Origin: Takakia lepidozioides
Lineage: Eukaryota; Plantae; Bryophyta
Length of the DNA: 64,000 bases
Direction of reading: 5' to 3'
NCBI GenBank assembly: GCA_030704615.1
Contig: CM060731.1
Coordinates: 84,506,001-84,570,000 of the forward strand
The notes beneath the pieces were generated by a model. The model worked only from the letters and a program-made list of their open reading frames with translations. It was not told the origin of the DNA and searched no databases. The position numbers were made by a program, and so were the translations under genes. Positions 25,734 through 48,542 of the stretch are shown in pieces (the stretch's first letter is position 1; the number at the start of each line of letters is the position of its first letter).

Positions 25734-26460
25734 TGTCGCGGCCCTTTGCCTTGAGGGCAGGGGGGTCGGGACACATGAGGGGCTGCCCCTGTGGTGGGGG
25801 CAGCGGCAGCGATAGGTATGGGGGGCTGAAGCACCCTTGAGTGCCCAAGGCACTCAGGGAAGCGGAGGCGCTCACTAGGTGGAGCCCCGCACACCGGGTT
25901 GCGGTGGGGGTGGCTCCACAAGGGGTGGTGGTAGCTTAGTGGGACTTAGTGGGGGTGGCATAGGACTCACCATGGGGGCGGAGACCTCGTGGTGGGAGTC
26001 GTGGGGAGTCTTGGGACTCATCACGGTCCATAGGGGCCGTGGTGAGCGGGCCAAGACTCACCGCGACTCACCACCGGGAATCGAGGGTCTTCGTGGTGGT
26101 TCGCCATAAAATGGCATGGCTGGTTGTGAAACCCCCGCGGACAGCTACAGAAGTATATATAGGGAGTAGTAACCCCGAGAACGGTGCAAGCCCGTTGGTG
26201 ACCAAAAACTAGTGAGTAAGTGAGCGAGCCGGAAAGCGACCAAAGAGTGGGGAGTTGTTCCGGACTGCCAACTACCAAAGGGAATTCCACTAGGCCCAAA
26301 TAGGTGGAGGGTCTTTCGGGAAAGCGAAGGGGGACCGTTATGTCCCGGTGAGCAGTCGAAGCTCCGAGTTGGCCCGGCGGCCAGGTTGGGAGTCAGGCGC
26401 GCGCATCAAAGCGAGTAACTGTGACTTGAAGGGGAGCTTACCAAAGTGAGGTGCGCGACA
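25734..26460 (+). mobile_element. Solo LTR (727 bp) of the chromovirus family at 55611-61658, inserted in the RNase H of gypsy element 1
   Basis: TGTCGCG..CGCGACA termini; 5-bp TSD TGGCA at 25729-25733 and 26461-26465; reverse complement of 55611-56325; interrupts TDASDVA|ISAILCQ. Confidence 0.95.
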
Positions 26461-27341
26461 TGGCAACATCAGATGCATCAGTCTGAAGCAAGAAAGGTAA
26501 CTCAAAGTTGGGAAACATCATGATGGGAGCTGAACACAAGGCCTTGCAAAGGGTGTCAAAAGCAGCCTGCTGGGAGAAGGTCCATTCAAACCTGGCGTCT
26601 TTGCACAATACCTTGGTCAGAGGGTGAGCAAGCTTAGCAAAGTTCTTTATGAAGCGCCGGTAATAAGAGGCCAGAACAAGGAAGGATTTGATACAATGTT
26701 TATCCCTGGGGATAGGAAAGCCCCAAACAGACTCAAGCTTGGCAGGATCAGGAAGCAAACCATCTTTGGATAGAATATGGCCAAGGAAGTGTAGCTCAGG
26801 CATGAATAGTTCACATTTCTTGGGCTTCACTTTAAGGCCTGCAGTGCGCAATTTGCTGAAGACACGCTGCAGATCAGCCAAGTGAGCATCAAAGCTGGCT
26901 GAGTAAACGTTGATATCATCAACATAAATTAAAGCACACTCCCAGCGAAGATTGCCCGAGACAATGTCCATGAGGAGTAGAGATGGTATTGCACAAACCA
27001 AAAGGCATGGTCTCATATTGGTACTTACCCATACGACACACAAATGAGGTCTTTTCCTTGGCTGCTTCAGTAAGAGGAACTTGCCAAAAGCCAGATGCAA
27101 GATCAAGAGAGGAGAAAATTGTAGCACCATGTAGTTGATCCAAGGTCTCATTTATCCTGGGTAGAGGGTAGGCATCTTTTTTTGTGATGTCATTCAGCTT
27201 TCTGAAGTCAACACAGAAACGGGTTGTGCCATCTTTCTTTCCAACTAGGACAATTGGACTAGCCCAAGGAGAGACTGAAGGTTTAATCACACCAGCATCA
27301 AGCATCTTCTGGACTTCTTCTTGGATTATGGTACGTTCCAT
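26461..27341 (-). CDS. Gypsy reverse transcriptase and start of RNase H (frameshifted)
   Basis: SPWASPIVLV.KKDGTTRFCVDFRKLN, YPLPRI, LDLASGFWQ, MPFGLCN, LIYVDDI, FLGH, FLLQTDAS. Confidence 0.92.
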
Positions 27342-27655
27342 GACACTCTCTCGGTAGCAAATTGTTTAATAGGAGCCCCTTCAGTGACAATGTCATGTTG
27401 AAAAATAGGAGTGCGCCCTAGGTCAGTGGATCCCAAACTGAAAATATCTAGATTCTTTGCGATAAGCACTTCCACCTTCCTCCTTTGTCCAGAGGAGAGA
27501 GTTGTGCCTAACTTGATTTCAGATAAAACTTTGGTGATGGCCTTCTTACCTCCCAGGCTGAGATCAAGAACAGGTGGTGGTGCAACTGCAGCAAAGGCAG
27601 CAACTGTATTTAAGGGGCCATGTTGGATGCCAATGGCCTCAAGACCAAAACCAGC

Positions 27656-28480
27656 CTACACCTCTTGTATGTCAGCAATGGGAATAGCAGTGATGCGAGC
27701 CAGAACCTGCCCCTTTTTAATAGTCATAGGGAAGCATTCAGGATTAGCAATCAGGATCTTAACCTCCTGTCTATATCCTCTATCAAGAACACCAGTGGCC
27801 ACCAAGCAGTGCTTAAGAGCAGTCAATCTCCTCCAACCCTCAACTTCTAGGAAATGAGCAGCGGGACATAAGAAAGCCAGACCAGACTTGACCACCCTTT
27901 GGGTCAAGGCAGGGATGGTGATGTTGAGAGGTGCACAAATTAGAGTAGAATTCTTTGGAATATCTATGGGCACCCCTGTCCTATCCCTAGCACCAGGAAC
28001 ATGCCACTGATATAAGAGTTGAAGATCAGGCTGAAACTTGTAGAAATCATTCCAATTGAGGTTGGAGTGAGAGTTCTGCCATACCTCTTTCATCAGGGCC
28101 TGGACTCTGGACAAATTGGTTGTAGCAGACCCAGCCTTGATCTTCACTGCTTTCAAGGGAACCACTACTTCATGCCCTTCTCCATTGTTAAAGCGAAGGG
28201 AGTAGTCAGCTAGGCTGATGGTGGCACCAGCTCCGGTCATCCAGTCAAGGCCTAGAAGGAATTGATCTCCAATGGTGACTATACAAGTAAACACAACCTC
28301 CTTTTTATGAATTCTGATGGGAACAATGACTAGTCCTAAGGGCTCGTACCTGGATCCATCTGCAATAAGCACCTCAATACCTGTGGCAGGGCATAGTTTG
28401 AGACCAAGAACTCTTACAACACTCAAAGGTATGGCAGATATAGTGCATCCAGTATCAACCACACAGGGAAAGCTGAGCTC
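27656..28480 (-). CDS. Aspartic protease followed by a dUTPase-like domain
   Basis: VVDTGCTISAI..FLLGLDWM (retropepsin); then TIPALTQRVVKSGLAF.CP...GVLDRGYRQEVKILIAN...IKKGQVLARI, resembling dUTPase motifs 3-4 (GxIDxDYRGEI...IxKGDRIAQ). Confidence 0.75.
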   Translation of the reverse strand, partial: ELSFPCVVDTGCTISAIPLSVVRVLGLKLCPATGIEVLIADGSRYEPLGLVIVPIRIHKKEVVFTCIVTIGDQFLLGLDWMTGAGATISLADYSLRFNNGEGHEVVVPLKAVKIKAGSATTNLSRVQALMKEVWQNSHSNLNWNDFYKFQPDLQLLYQWHVPGARDRTGVPIDIPKNSTLICAPLNITIPALTQRVVKSGLAFLCPAAHFLEVEGWRRLTALKHCLVATGVLDRGYRQEVKILIANPECFPMTIKKGQVLARITAIPIADIQEV

Positions 28481-28665
28481 ACTGCGCCATGAGGGGACTG
28501 ATCTGCTGGCCAGCAGTCTGCCTACTGAGAGGACAATGCAAAGCTTTGAAGTTAGTAGATAGAACAGCTTGAATCGGAACAGAAGAAACAGGGTTGGTAG
28601 ATGACGGACCTCTTGCCCCCTTCCCAAGAGATCGTGCTAGTTTAAAGGAGGGGAGGAGCCATTGG

Positions 28666-31600
28666 CTATTTGTCAGTCTGGGTTCGACCCCTATTGTTAT
28701 CCCCTGTTGTTCTTTGGTTGTGTCGAGGCTGCCATCTCTGTTGATGAGCCTGCATGGAAGTAAACTGAGTGGCCACAGACTCACTAAGACTTCCCACAGT
28801 ATTAGCCAACCCCTGAAGAGTAAAATCATCAGCCTTACATGTCTTAGGAGGAACATAGGGTGAGGATGTTGCAGACATGCCAAGCTCTGAGCCCACTGGA
28901 GCTTGAAACTTGGCACGATGGTGCATTGATTTGCTGTCAGCCAAGTCAGCCAATTTAAGATTAATTTCTGCTAACATAGTCTTGTTATCAACAAAATGAC
29001 GCCGCTGAGCCCAATTCTGAATAGTGGAAGGCAACCCAAGGAGAAAATACCTTTTAACCATACGATCCCTCTCTACCGGGTCTATGATGTTTTCAACAGT
29101 AGCAAACTTAAAATCCATGTAATATTTCCACAGTGATTCCCCAGGTTGGTAAGTCCTGGCCGAAAGCTTGTCAAAGCAATCCAGAGGCCTCTCAGGAGGT
29201 TTGAACAAGGTCTTAGCCCATTCCACCAGAGTTACCTAGTTGAGGCTGGGATCATCCATCACGGCTGCATGCAGTAAGTCACGAGCTGGTCCCTTCATAC
29301 TCATCCTAAAGATCATCATCTTGAAATTCTCAGGCACCCCATTGACACTAGCAATGACCTCAAACATCTGAAGATATCTATCAAAGTCTTCTCCCATTGT
29401 GTATTCTGGGTAAGGTTGAGTGGTCAGCTGGGGGATTAGATGACAAGGTAGGCTATGGTTGATATGACCAGGGAGGACAGATCCATGAGCAGCGCAACAG
29501 GGAATTATGGGAGCAGCAGTACCATGCACATATCCAACATTAGATGCAGGATTACCACTCACATTATTATGACTGACTGATCTTATAGCAGTTGAGGCTG
29601 ACAGACGTGGCGCCACCGTGCCCATGGGAAGAGCAGGAATTGCCATACTTGGCTGAGCAGCAGGGTTAGTAGACTGCAAGTGGGTTTGTGGCATGCCACT
29701 CATGGGAAGAGTGGATGCCACTCCCACCGGCTGTGTTGACACAGATCGGATACTGCTAAGAGAGATATTGCTAGCATGCATACCTATGGACTGGCTAGAG
29801 ACAAGATGTGGTGACACCCCAGCCTGTGCAGCAGGGAGAGCCCCCACAGATTGACCAGCTATGGCAGGAGGCAGAGTAGCAGGCATACTAGAGGGCCCTT
29901 GCATTATGACACCCCCACCTTGAACAACACCATGCACGTTCAACACAGGAAGACTGCCCACATGCATACTCGAATTCACAGGCAACAAGTTCCCTCCCCC
30001 GAGAGTGGGACTAGGGAAATTCACAACAGGTAGCATCCTAGGACTCAAGGTAGCAACCTGGGCCGACATACTGCTCGTAGTAGCCCATACATCCGAACCA
30101 GACCCTTCGATCCCCTGGTCATGAGGAGGATGGGAGGGCAGAATGTGTAATTCCCTAGCCAGCATAGGCTCAGTCCGTCTAGCCCCCAAGGCCTTATTAC
30201 GCCGATCATAGACAGAAAGGCCCTCGAGGGTGGCTATCCCAGACTCCTCATCAACTAATGGAATACCAGTTGGGGATTCCACAACTGCCCCCATTGTTCC
30301 AACATTCAAGAATTCATCATCACTCACCATGAAATTACCTACCTGCAGGTTGTCCGATCCCTCATTCATCTCTACTATACTTTCGGCCAGCGGTTTTCCT
30401 AGCTTATTCATGGACCTCTGTCTTCCAGATCTCAACCAAGTGGTACTAGAATCACCTACCATGCAAGAAACAAGGTTGGATTGGAGGCATAACCTTCAAG
30501 CCGCAGGGATGTGGAGCGTGGGCCGAGCACTTGGCGAGTTGTCTTCCAGAACCCAAGTGGAGCAATACACCACCCTCAGCACCTTGTGTGATTCTAATTC
30601 GTAGATCCCCAACGCCAGCCACTCCCAACCATCAGCTCCTTTAAGCCAAAAGCCAACGTGGGTGGTGTCACCCTCTCTCCAGGTGCGCGAAAGCACAGTC
30701 GAGTTTGAACAATCACTCAGTCTCTCAAACGCGCTCGGGCGAGCCACTCGCTGTGAAGCAAAGGTAGTGCCCACACCCAAGACCACTAGATCAGACGACT
30801 GTACTATCAAGGCCCCTCCCGTCAGACCATCAATTAACTGTGAATAGGTAGGTACCAAGGCGCAAGGCCGGAGCTGAAACCGTAGTGCCCTCAAGATCAA
30901 AGCCCCTGTGCCCTGTAACATTAACGACAACCAACTTCTCCCTACCACGCCAGGGCCATGATGAAGCTCTGCACTTCGAACACCAGAAAGAGGCAGATAC
31001 AAACCAACTTCCAACCAGGTTAATTCACGATGGTTTAGAAAACGCGACTTGATCGCCCTGGATGGTAGACGCTCTTCATAGCGTAGCTCAAATTCGCGCT
31101 TAGCAAGCTGTCTGGCCCTGGATATCACCGCACCAGGCTCAAGCAAAGGTCGTGTGAATAGGGCCTCATGATGACTGGTCAGTGCAGCAAGATCACCTAC
31201 AACAGCTCTCTCTACACGCTCAAACCAAAGCTGATCTTCGTCACATACTTCACACAACAGATCATCTAATTCTTGTGACAATTCAATGTCTCTCTCCAAT
31301 TCGGCTGCTTGCTGCCTATTCTCAAAATATTCTCAAATTATCAAAGTTATAGTAGTCCGGGTCACAGCTATCTAGAGAGCTGTCAGACCTCTTAAACCTT
31401 GGCGACCACGCCTCTACCTCCCCCAGATCATCATAATCACTACCACCAGGAGAACCCAATGAAACAACAAGGGCTCGAACGCTAGCAGCAGGCTCAGGAA
31501 GAGGCGATGCCAGCAAGGCAACAATGCCAGGCCACATGCCGTTGGTAGTGTTAGTAACAACAAGAGTGTCAACAGGGTTAGAGACATCGGGAGGAGCAAC

Positions 31601-31678
31601 AACAACAACACCAGCAGAATGAGAAGTGGCAGCAGGGTCAGTCTCTACACTAGGATTAGCCTCGATAGCAAGTGCCAC
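28666..31678 (-). pseudogene. Long gag-region reading frame(s) of gypsy element 1
   Basis: ORFs 30496-31299, 29236-30462 and 28666-29226 share one frame separated by single stops. Capsid-like YPEYTMGEDFDRYLQMFE..KGPARD..YQPGESLWKY lies at the 3' end; the upstream part is unrecognised and partly low-complexity. Confidence 0.65.
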
Positions 31679-31710
31679 GCTAATCTAAAGGAACAGTCCC
31701 TCCCCCTCTC

Positions 31711-32396
31711 TGTGACCTACACAAGATAAATGACGAACTGTAGCCATCCCCTGCAATCACACCCCAACGCACATCGTGAGACGGCAAAATCACAGCAGCA
31801 GGAGAAAATAGGGCAAAGCGAGGAGCCGCCATCGATAACACGCATTAGCGAACCACTTAGGCAGCAGGACGTAGAGCAAATCATCCTGACAGGGCGGGCA
31901 GGATCCACCACGCCTAGAGTACCCGACGCGTCTCCACCATAAAACAAGCCTGAAGCATATACTCCTTTCCTCTCAAGAAGCAAACTTGCACAACAAAGGG
32001 GCGAGCGGAAAGAGCAAGCAGTGCGCGAGAGGAGGATCGAACACACAAATCAGACACTAAGCAGCGCTCATCCAAAAACTTGTACACCCAAATCATATAT
32101 ACAACAACACCCGAGTACACCCTGACCTTGTGTCAGGGCGCCGTCTTTATACAAAAGCCCTAACCTTAGTGGCCCACCGTGTGGTGAGGCATTATAGGCC
32201 CAAGCCCATGGTGCTGCCTTGCAGCCCTGGATCTAACGAAGGGACAGGATCAAGCCACCAGCCTAAACTAGCCCTAACCTAAACATCATTGTAACGGATT
32301 AACGGCTTTATACGCCAAAAAAATATACGATGAATGTGTATTGCCGTTTTGGATGAAACGGGTAAATCTGTGATGAGGAAAGTTTGGGGCATCACA
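31711..32396 (-). repeat. 5' LTR of gypsy element 1 (~686 bp)
   Basis: TGTGATG...GGTCACA inverted termini on the minus strand; shares 453 bp with 22928-23383. The inner boundary is inferred from the TCACA terminus. Confidence 0.75.
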
Positions 32397-33546
32397 ATCC
32401 TCTGCTCACGGTTTCGGGTGATATGCAGCCCAACATACAACGCACCATAACCGAAGTGGAGACATACAACGCACCATAACCGAAGTGGAGTAATGGCGCA
32501 GGCTGAGGTGACCGTGGGCCCCGCCGCCTGCCCCGCCACTCGTCATTACGTGTGAGGCTGAGCGGTAGGTAGTGGGGGGGAGAATGCCACACACCAAAGG
32601 CCAGGAAGATAGGGGGGGAGCGTGACGATTTTTGGTGAGGCTCACCATTTGAAGCGCGTGAAGGTGCTGCTGGGGATGCACCATCTCGGCAGCCGCACTA
32701 TGTTGATGATAGCGCGCCACATAGAGCGCCTGCTGGGCATGCTCTTATGCGGCACAAGGTGCCATCCTCTCTATCTAAGAAATCCTGGCAGGATCTTTGC
32801 GCTATGGATGAGAGCCACATTACCATCTGCTACTGAGGAGGGGTACTACCTTGTTTATCATGTGGGGAAATTGGTGATGTTCTGGCCACACCCAGAGAAG
32901 GATGTAAGGTGAGCATCATAGTTTGTCATAAGGGAAGTTCACGCCTAAAGAAAAGAATCAGAGTGAGTGGATGGATGCCACCCTCTGTCTGACCTTAAAA
33001 GTAGTGTCATTAATTAGCCAAAAAAGAGAGTACACAATGGCACATTGATACTAATTCCTCAGCACAGAAAGTAATCAGTTTCCACTTGGGAAATCCGAAA
33101 CTACAAAAGTTCATTAAAACAGTGTTTCAATAAATTTCAGATTTTGACATCGATGCATGTCCTCTGTTTTCAGTGGCAGTCAAACAATGAGCAGCCTACA
33201 GCAAAAGGAGGATGATCCAGGAACACAGAAGTCTCGTGAATAGCTTCCCTTGAGTAAATACACAACATATCACATACTAACTTTTGCAACTGCCCTAGGC
33301 AAAGTGACAAACATCAAGCAAAACCCGGAGCAAACGTTCTTTAATCTCCACCTTAATCAACGGAGCTCCCACTAGAGAGCCATTGCTCTCTCGGATGACT
33401 CCATACCATAAGACAATGGTGGACACGAGACAAAAAGTGCACAACCTGATTTCGCAAATGCCAAACCAAAAGACAGGGAGGGGGCAAGAAACAACTGAAG
33501 ACGCCTCTCAATTTGAAATGTGTAGCTTGCGATATATCAGACTCCA

Positions 33547-43764
<10,218 letters not shown>

Positions 43765-44697
43765 GGCTACCGCTCTCCGGTGCATCGTCCGGCTCCTCTG
43801 TCTATCCTCTTTCTGCAGGCACGGTGGTCAGAGCCGGGCAGGTACCAAAACCCTGCCGTCAACAACTGGATATTCCACTCGAAATAAGCACCCCTGCGTG
43901 TCGCTTCTCATTGTAAGACAATAGCGTCTTCAATGCGCACGCGTTTGCATGTGGCGGCCCCTGTAGCAGAGAGGGTAACTGAAGGGTGGGAGCGCCTCTA
44001 CCGGGCGGGGGGGGGGCGGAGGGTCCGCTGCTTGGTCTACCGCAAGCGGGTCCATTGCGGTAGGTCCCAGTCAAGAGAGCCCATTACCTGAATGCGTGTA
44101 ATGCACATAAAACATTAAATAGTTCCTAGATTTTTAGAAAATAGTGGACAGTGTGATGGTTAAGAGCAATGAATATGATATGTAAAGGAGTTTCATTCGG
44201 GCCTGTTCATTCTGGAGTGGTACAGGAATTACTGTGGCCCAAGAATTAGAGTGGGGGGCTTATGTAGTTAAGGCCACGTGTATGAGGGAATGAGATCAAG
44301 GGGTCCAAAAAAAGAAAGGAGGAATTGGCCAAATTTAGATAGGGAGTCTTGTAGGGCTGACATGTGTCCAAGGCCTTCTAAAAGGGTCCAGGGTCGGCGG
44401 GCTTCTAGAAGGTCCCACCGCCCCTCAGAGGGTATATAAGGGAGGGCCCCCTCATACTACCTACTAACTTACTACTTACTAAATTAGTGAGTAGTGGGCT
44501 CGAGGTAGGACCCCCCAAAAAAAACAGCAAACATGAATCTATTAATTAATAGAAACCACAATAAGATGTGTGAAATTTGGCGCTCAATTTCAATCAAGTG
44601 ATAAAGTTCTAAGTGTTCAAATTTTTGTTAGATGGTAATGTGTGTTATTAATTTTGTATACTTGCTCTTTCTGAAATTTTCCTAAGTCCTTAATCTT

Positions 44698-44990
44698 CTA
44701 CGGGTCCGGCTCTTCTACGGCAGCAGACCGTCCTGCAGACTCTGGATTCGACTGTAGAGTGGACCCTCTCCAGCGGACTCTGGGTCCAGCAGACTCTGCA
44801 GAGTGGGTAGACCCTTCAGCGGACCCACTCTGCACTGTAGAGTGGACCTTCCAGCGGATTGGACTGCAAAGTGGACCCGCTCCAGCTGACTTTGGATCCA
44901 CCGGACTCTGCACAGTGGATGGACCCTCCAGCAGACTCTACGGAACGGACTAGACTGTCTAATGGACCCTCCGGTGGACCCGGTGGATGG
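44698..44990. repeat. Degenerate GC-rich tandem repeat (gactctg / agtggacc units)
   Basis: Recurrent ctgcagac, actgtagagtggacc and tccagcgga motifs. Confidence 0.65.
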
Positions 44991-46462
44991 GCGCTCAGCT
45001 TATGAGGTGACAATGAGGCAGAGTATTTAGATTACGAAGAACCATCTCTGTAAAATCAGGTACAGTTACAGCAGTTCACATTAGTACAGCTGCAAGTGAC
45101 TTCCCTCAAAATACCATAAATATTTCATAGTATTAGTGCTCTTGGAGTGGTCCTCCTTGGGTGCTGTCTTTCCGTTTTGAAGTAGGAGCATTCCATCTTA
45201 GTTCGTCGTCACTCTATGGCATCATACAAATAGCTTGAGGATTCATGAAAAGTGTAGGGCCCTCACCTGCACCCGTCCCAAAAAACAACCACAAGCATGC
45301 GATGCGGATTAGTGATGTGCGAGGTGAATAGCAGGCCCTCACGCTTGCTATCGTTGTCCAACATGCACTCCAAAGCCAGTTTGTAAAACAAAGAGTTAGA
45401 ACCAAGATACACATAAAAGCATACACCTTATATGCTTGAGGAATGACGGTCTGAGACATTGTGAGCTTTCTCTTCCAAAACAACAAGCAATCACAAGAGA
45501 CGTATAAAGGCAGAAAGATCACAATCCGGCCTGCTCGTGTCAAATGAGAGTCTCAAGCCTTCGCCATCTCTATGTGCGTAGGCCTGTAGAGCTGTTCAAT
45601 TAATTACTAACGGTGCCACCATTATACTTGCGTGGGTTCGCATTGAAGTAACTTCATAGCAAAGTAGTAGGGGGCAGAACTGCCCACCAAATCAGCCTGC
45701 CGTTCACATGGACTTGTTTCCAAAAGAAACAAACGGCATAGGATACCATTCAACTATCCATATGGGTTCTTTTTTCCAAAAACAGCCCATATGGCCACTA
45801 GTCATCCCTGCATTTGTACTCCAACTTCCAAAAAAAATTCTACCAGCCAGCCAATGCACTTGGCTTTGTTTCATAAGTACAGCCAATGTATGCCATCGGT
45901 AAATTTAGGGTTTTTGTCACATACCTAATAATAGGTAGATTTGTGGAAACCCAGCTTTGAAAGACCCATAGTTGCTCAATTTTTGCTTTTGTATGTTGAG
46001 CTGGTGGAATTTAACCGGGGGATGCTAGAATGTGAGCCCAGTTAGGCTCACGTGAGCCCAATCCACGTGGCATAAAAATGGAGGAACATGCAGGGTCTAT
46101 TTCCGCGAAAGAGCACCCATTACCTCGGAAGCACGGGATTTACAACATGAACCCTGAAACCCCAAACACCAACCGTGAACCAAGAACCCCGAACCCTAAC
46201 CCTTATCATCCTTATCACCCTACCTCAACCCTATCACTAAACGATGGATGAATGGAGGGGGATGAATGATTTTGGATGAATGAACGTGCAACTCTGATTC
46301 ACTTAGAACCATTGTGGAACAGAGATAGTGGATCTAAACCCCATAATCTTCCTGACATGTTTAGAAAAGCAAGAGATATATTGCAAAGTGGGGTTTGGAG
46401 AGGCAGACTCATGTTGGCAGAAAACAGATCGTCATTAGTAACGTTTAATGCTGTTTTTTTAA

Positions 46463-46698
46463 ATTGAAGAGCAGGTGAAAAAATTAGGTAAATGAAGTTT
46501 ATATATTGAAGAAGGGGTGGGAAAAAGTGGGGTTAATGAGGTAGTTATATTGAGGTAGAGGTAAAAACATTTCAGGTCAACATAACTTATATAGTGAAGA
46601 AGAGGTGAAAAAAACTGAGGTTAACGGTCTTATATTGAAGAAGAGGTGGAATCTTTATCAGGGTAGTGAGTTTTTCATATTGAAGAAGAGGTGAAAAG
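46463..46698. repeat. Six copies of ATATTGAAGAAGAGGTGAAAA at ~43-bp period
   Basis: Copies near 46463, 46503, 46547, 46589, 46632 and 46677. Confidence 0.75.
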
Positions 46699-47082
46699 AA
46701 AGGGAGGGTAAGGTGTGCCGTTCTCTTGAACTACCTTATTTACCACATCTCTGTGTACGTTAATATTTGTCTTCAACAGAGCACGAGTATTCCTCAAATT
46801 TTCCAGTGGTGGCACCTACAACAAACTATACCATAGTGGTTTCCTATCGGCTGTGATTCCATTTCCGGTGCTTGAGCTCCGTAGAAGTGAATGGGCTCTA
46901 GTAGCAAGAGCATTCAATGTATTCTCTTGAGAAGAAGCACCAAAGGTCTCCATTACGCGTAAGCACAACCGATAGTCCCCCTCCTCTCTTTATGCATATG
47001 TCATGTTCCATGCAGTCAGTACACATAAGCCAGAAAGCAAACTGGATGAAGATGGACAATGCAAAGTAAGAACTGTGTCCCT

Positions 47083-48387
47083 TCATGCCAAAATGTCAGA
47101 GGATAATGCACATGCCGAGATACTGTCTACACTACCTGAACTACAGCTATCCCCCGAAACCGCGGCACTATCGTCTATGAAGATCCTGGCTGCCACATGC
47201 CTGCTTGTGTTGCGCGAAGTACGACCCATACCTGGTGGAGACAGCATGGTAGATTGTTCCCGAGCAATGGCCTCTGCGTAGTCGGGGAGGACATAACTTG
47301 GAGGTGGGCTGCAGCAAACGCCTGGTCGACATCCGCCAGCCTGCCGCCAAGAGAGACCCGACAACATCCTGCCACCGAAAACTCATCCTTCGCATTAGAA
47401 ATAGAGAATAGAACAGAAGGGGAGAGCAGGCATTCATGAGGTAGCATTGATGCAATGAACTTACTCACATGAGAAATCGTCGACGAGGTCCTTGTCGTCT
47501 CCCTCGTTCAGATCAACAAGAACAACATGCTCCGGCACTGTGGCAGACGATGTCGTCCCCTGCAACTCTGCAAAGACGCCACTGAAAATATCCGCATCCC
47601 CCTCCATGCCGAAGAAGTGTCGGCCCCCTGCTTTGCAAGCATGGTAGGAAGCGCCTGTAGGAGGAAAGGATGAAAGTTAGGAACAGAATGGGAAGGAGGA
47701 ATGGAATGATGCATACAAAATGATGTTAATGGAGAAGTAGTAGAACCTGTGCCCACGGTCAAATCTACTATGCGGGACCCCAGATACGAACAAGTCTCAA
47801 TGATGGTTTGAATGAAAGCTGGACTCTTCTCCCGTGCCCCTCTCCAAGGCGTTCCATTCGACTTTCTCAAGCACACGTTTGAATCCACATAGTTGTAGTG
47901 CATGTCGTCAACGACTGGATCGAACTTCTCGTTTATGAAAGCTCCCCCACCATGAAGTGAGAACTCCTTCACAGAGACAGGAGTGGAAGGAGGATGTACC
48001 CTGACCAAAGATGGCCTCAAAAAACCGGATCTGCGGGAAACACGATAAGTAAAGGATCAATGTCAGCATAACTGCAAGTAAAAGCAAATTCGCGCACTCA
48101 TAATGTGCAGGTACAAATCTTTATGCCTAGACAACCACCTTACATGGCATCACACAAACAGTTTTCTGGGAATGAATTGGACATAGATCCGACATGAAAA
48201 TTACCTTTTGACCTGAACAGTCTCCCTTCGTCAAGTACAATCTGTTGACATCATTCCATGTCTTGATAATTCTCATCCCCGAAGCTTTCAGATAGCTTGC
48301 CAGTTCTCGACGACATCTCACATTTATGGACTGCATGAGGACCAACACACTTGCATCCGACAGGAAGAACTTGCAAAAAGAAAACAC
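47083..48387 (-). pseudogene. Intron-containing N4-cytosine/N6-adenine DNA methyltransferase-like gene (beta-class, C-terminal half recognisable)
   Basis: Splicing intron 47655-47746 (G|gttct..ctacag|GC) gives WRGAREKSPAFIQTIIETCSYLGSRIVDLTVGTG-ASYHACKAGGRHFFGMEGDADIF, matching the N6_N4_Mtase pattern KP..L...LI...S..GD.VLDPF.GSG.T..AA...GR..IG.E. An upstream exon lies at ~48206-48387; catalytic (D/S)PPY not seen; probable frameshift at ~48020. Confidence 0.72.
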
Positions 48388-48542
48388 CCAACGCCAATAT
48401 CACGAATTCATTCCATGTGGGGCACGAATGGAGGTGACGTTCTTGAGCTTCCTACCCTCCTATAATTAGGTCTGGCAAACTGAGAGAACATGAAGACGGA
48501 CATAGAGGACCTAAGAATCTATATAGAGAAGGAGTTAGAAAA

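Larger units (their letters stand above)
22928..32396 (-). mobile_element. Ty3/gypsy LTR retrotransposon (no chromodomain seen): long gag region, protease, dUTPase-like domain, RT, RNase H, integrase; degenerate
   Basis: 5' LTR 31711-32396 (TGTGA..TCACA); truncated 3' LTR 22928-23383 matches 31944-32396; G-rich tract at ~23392-23404; domain order PR-dUT-RT-RH-INT; several stops and frameshifts. Confidence 0.9.
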
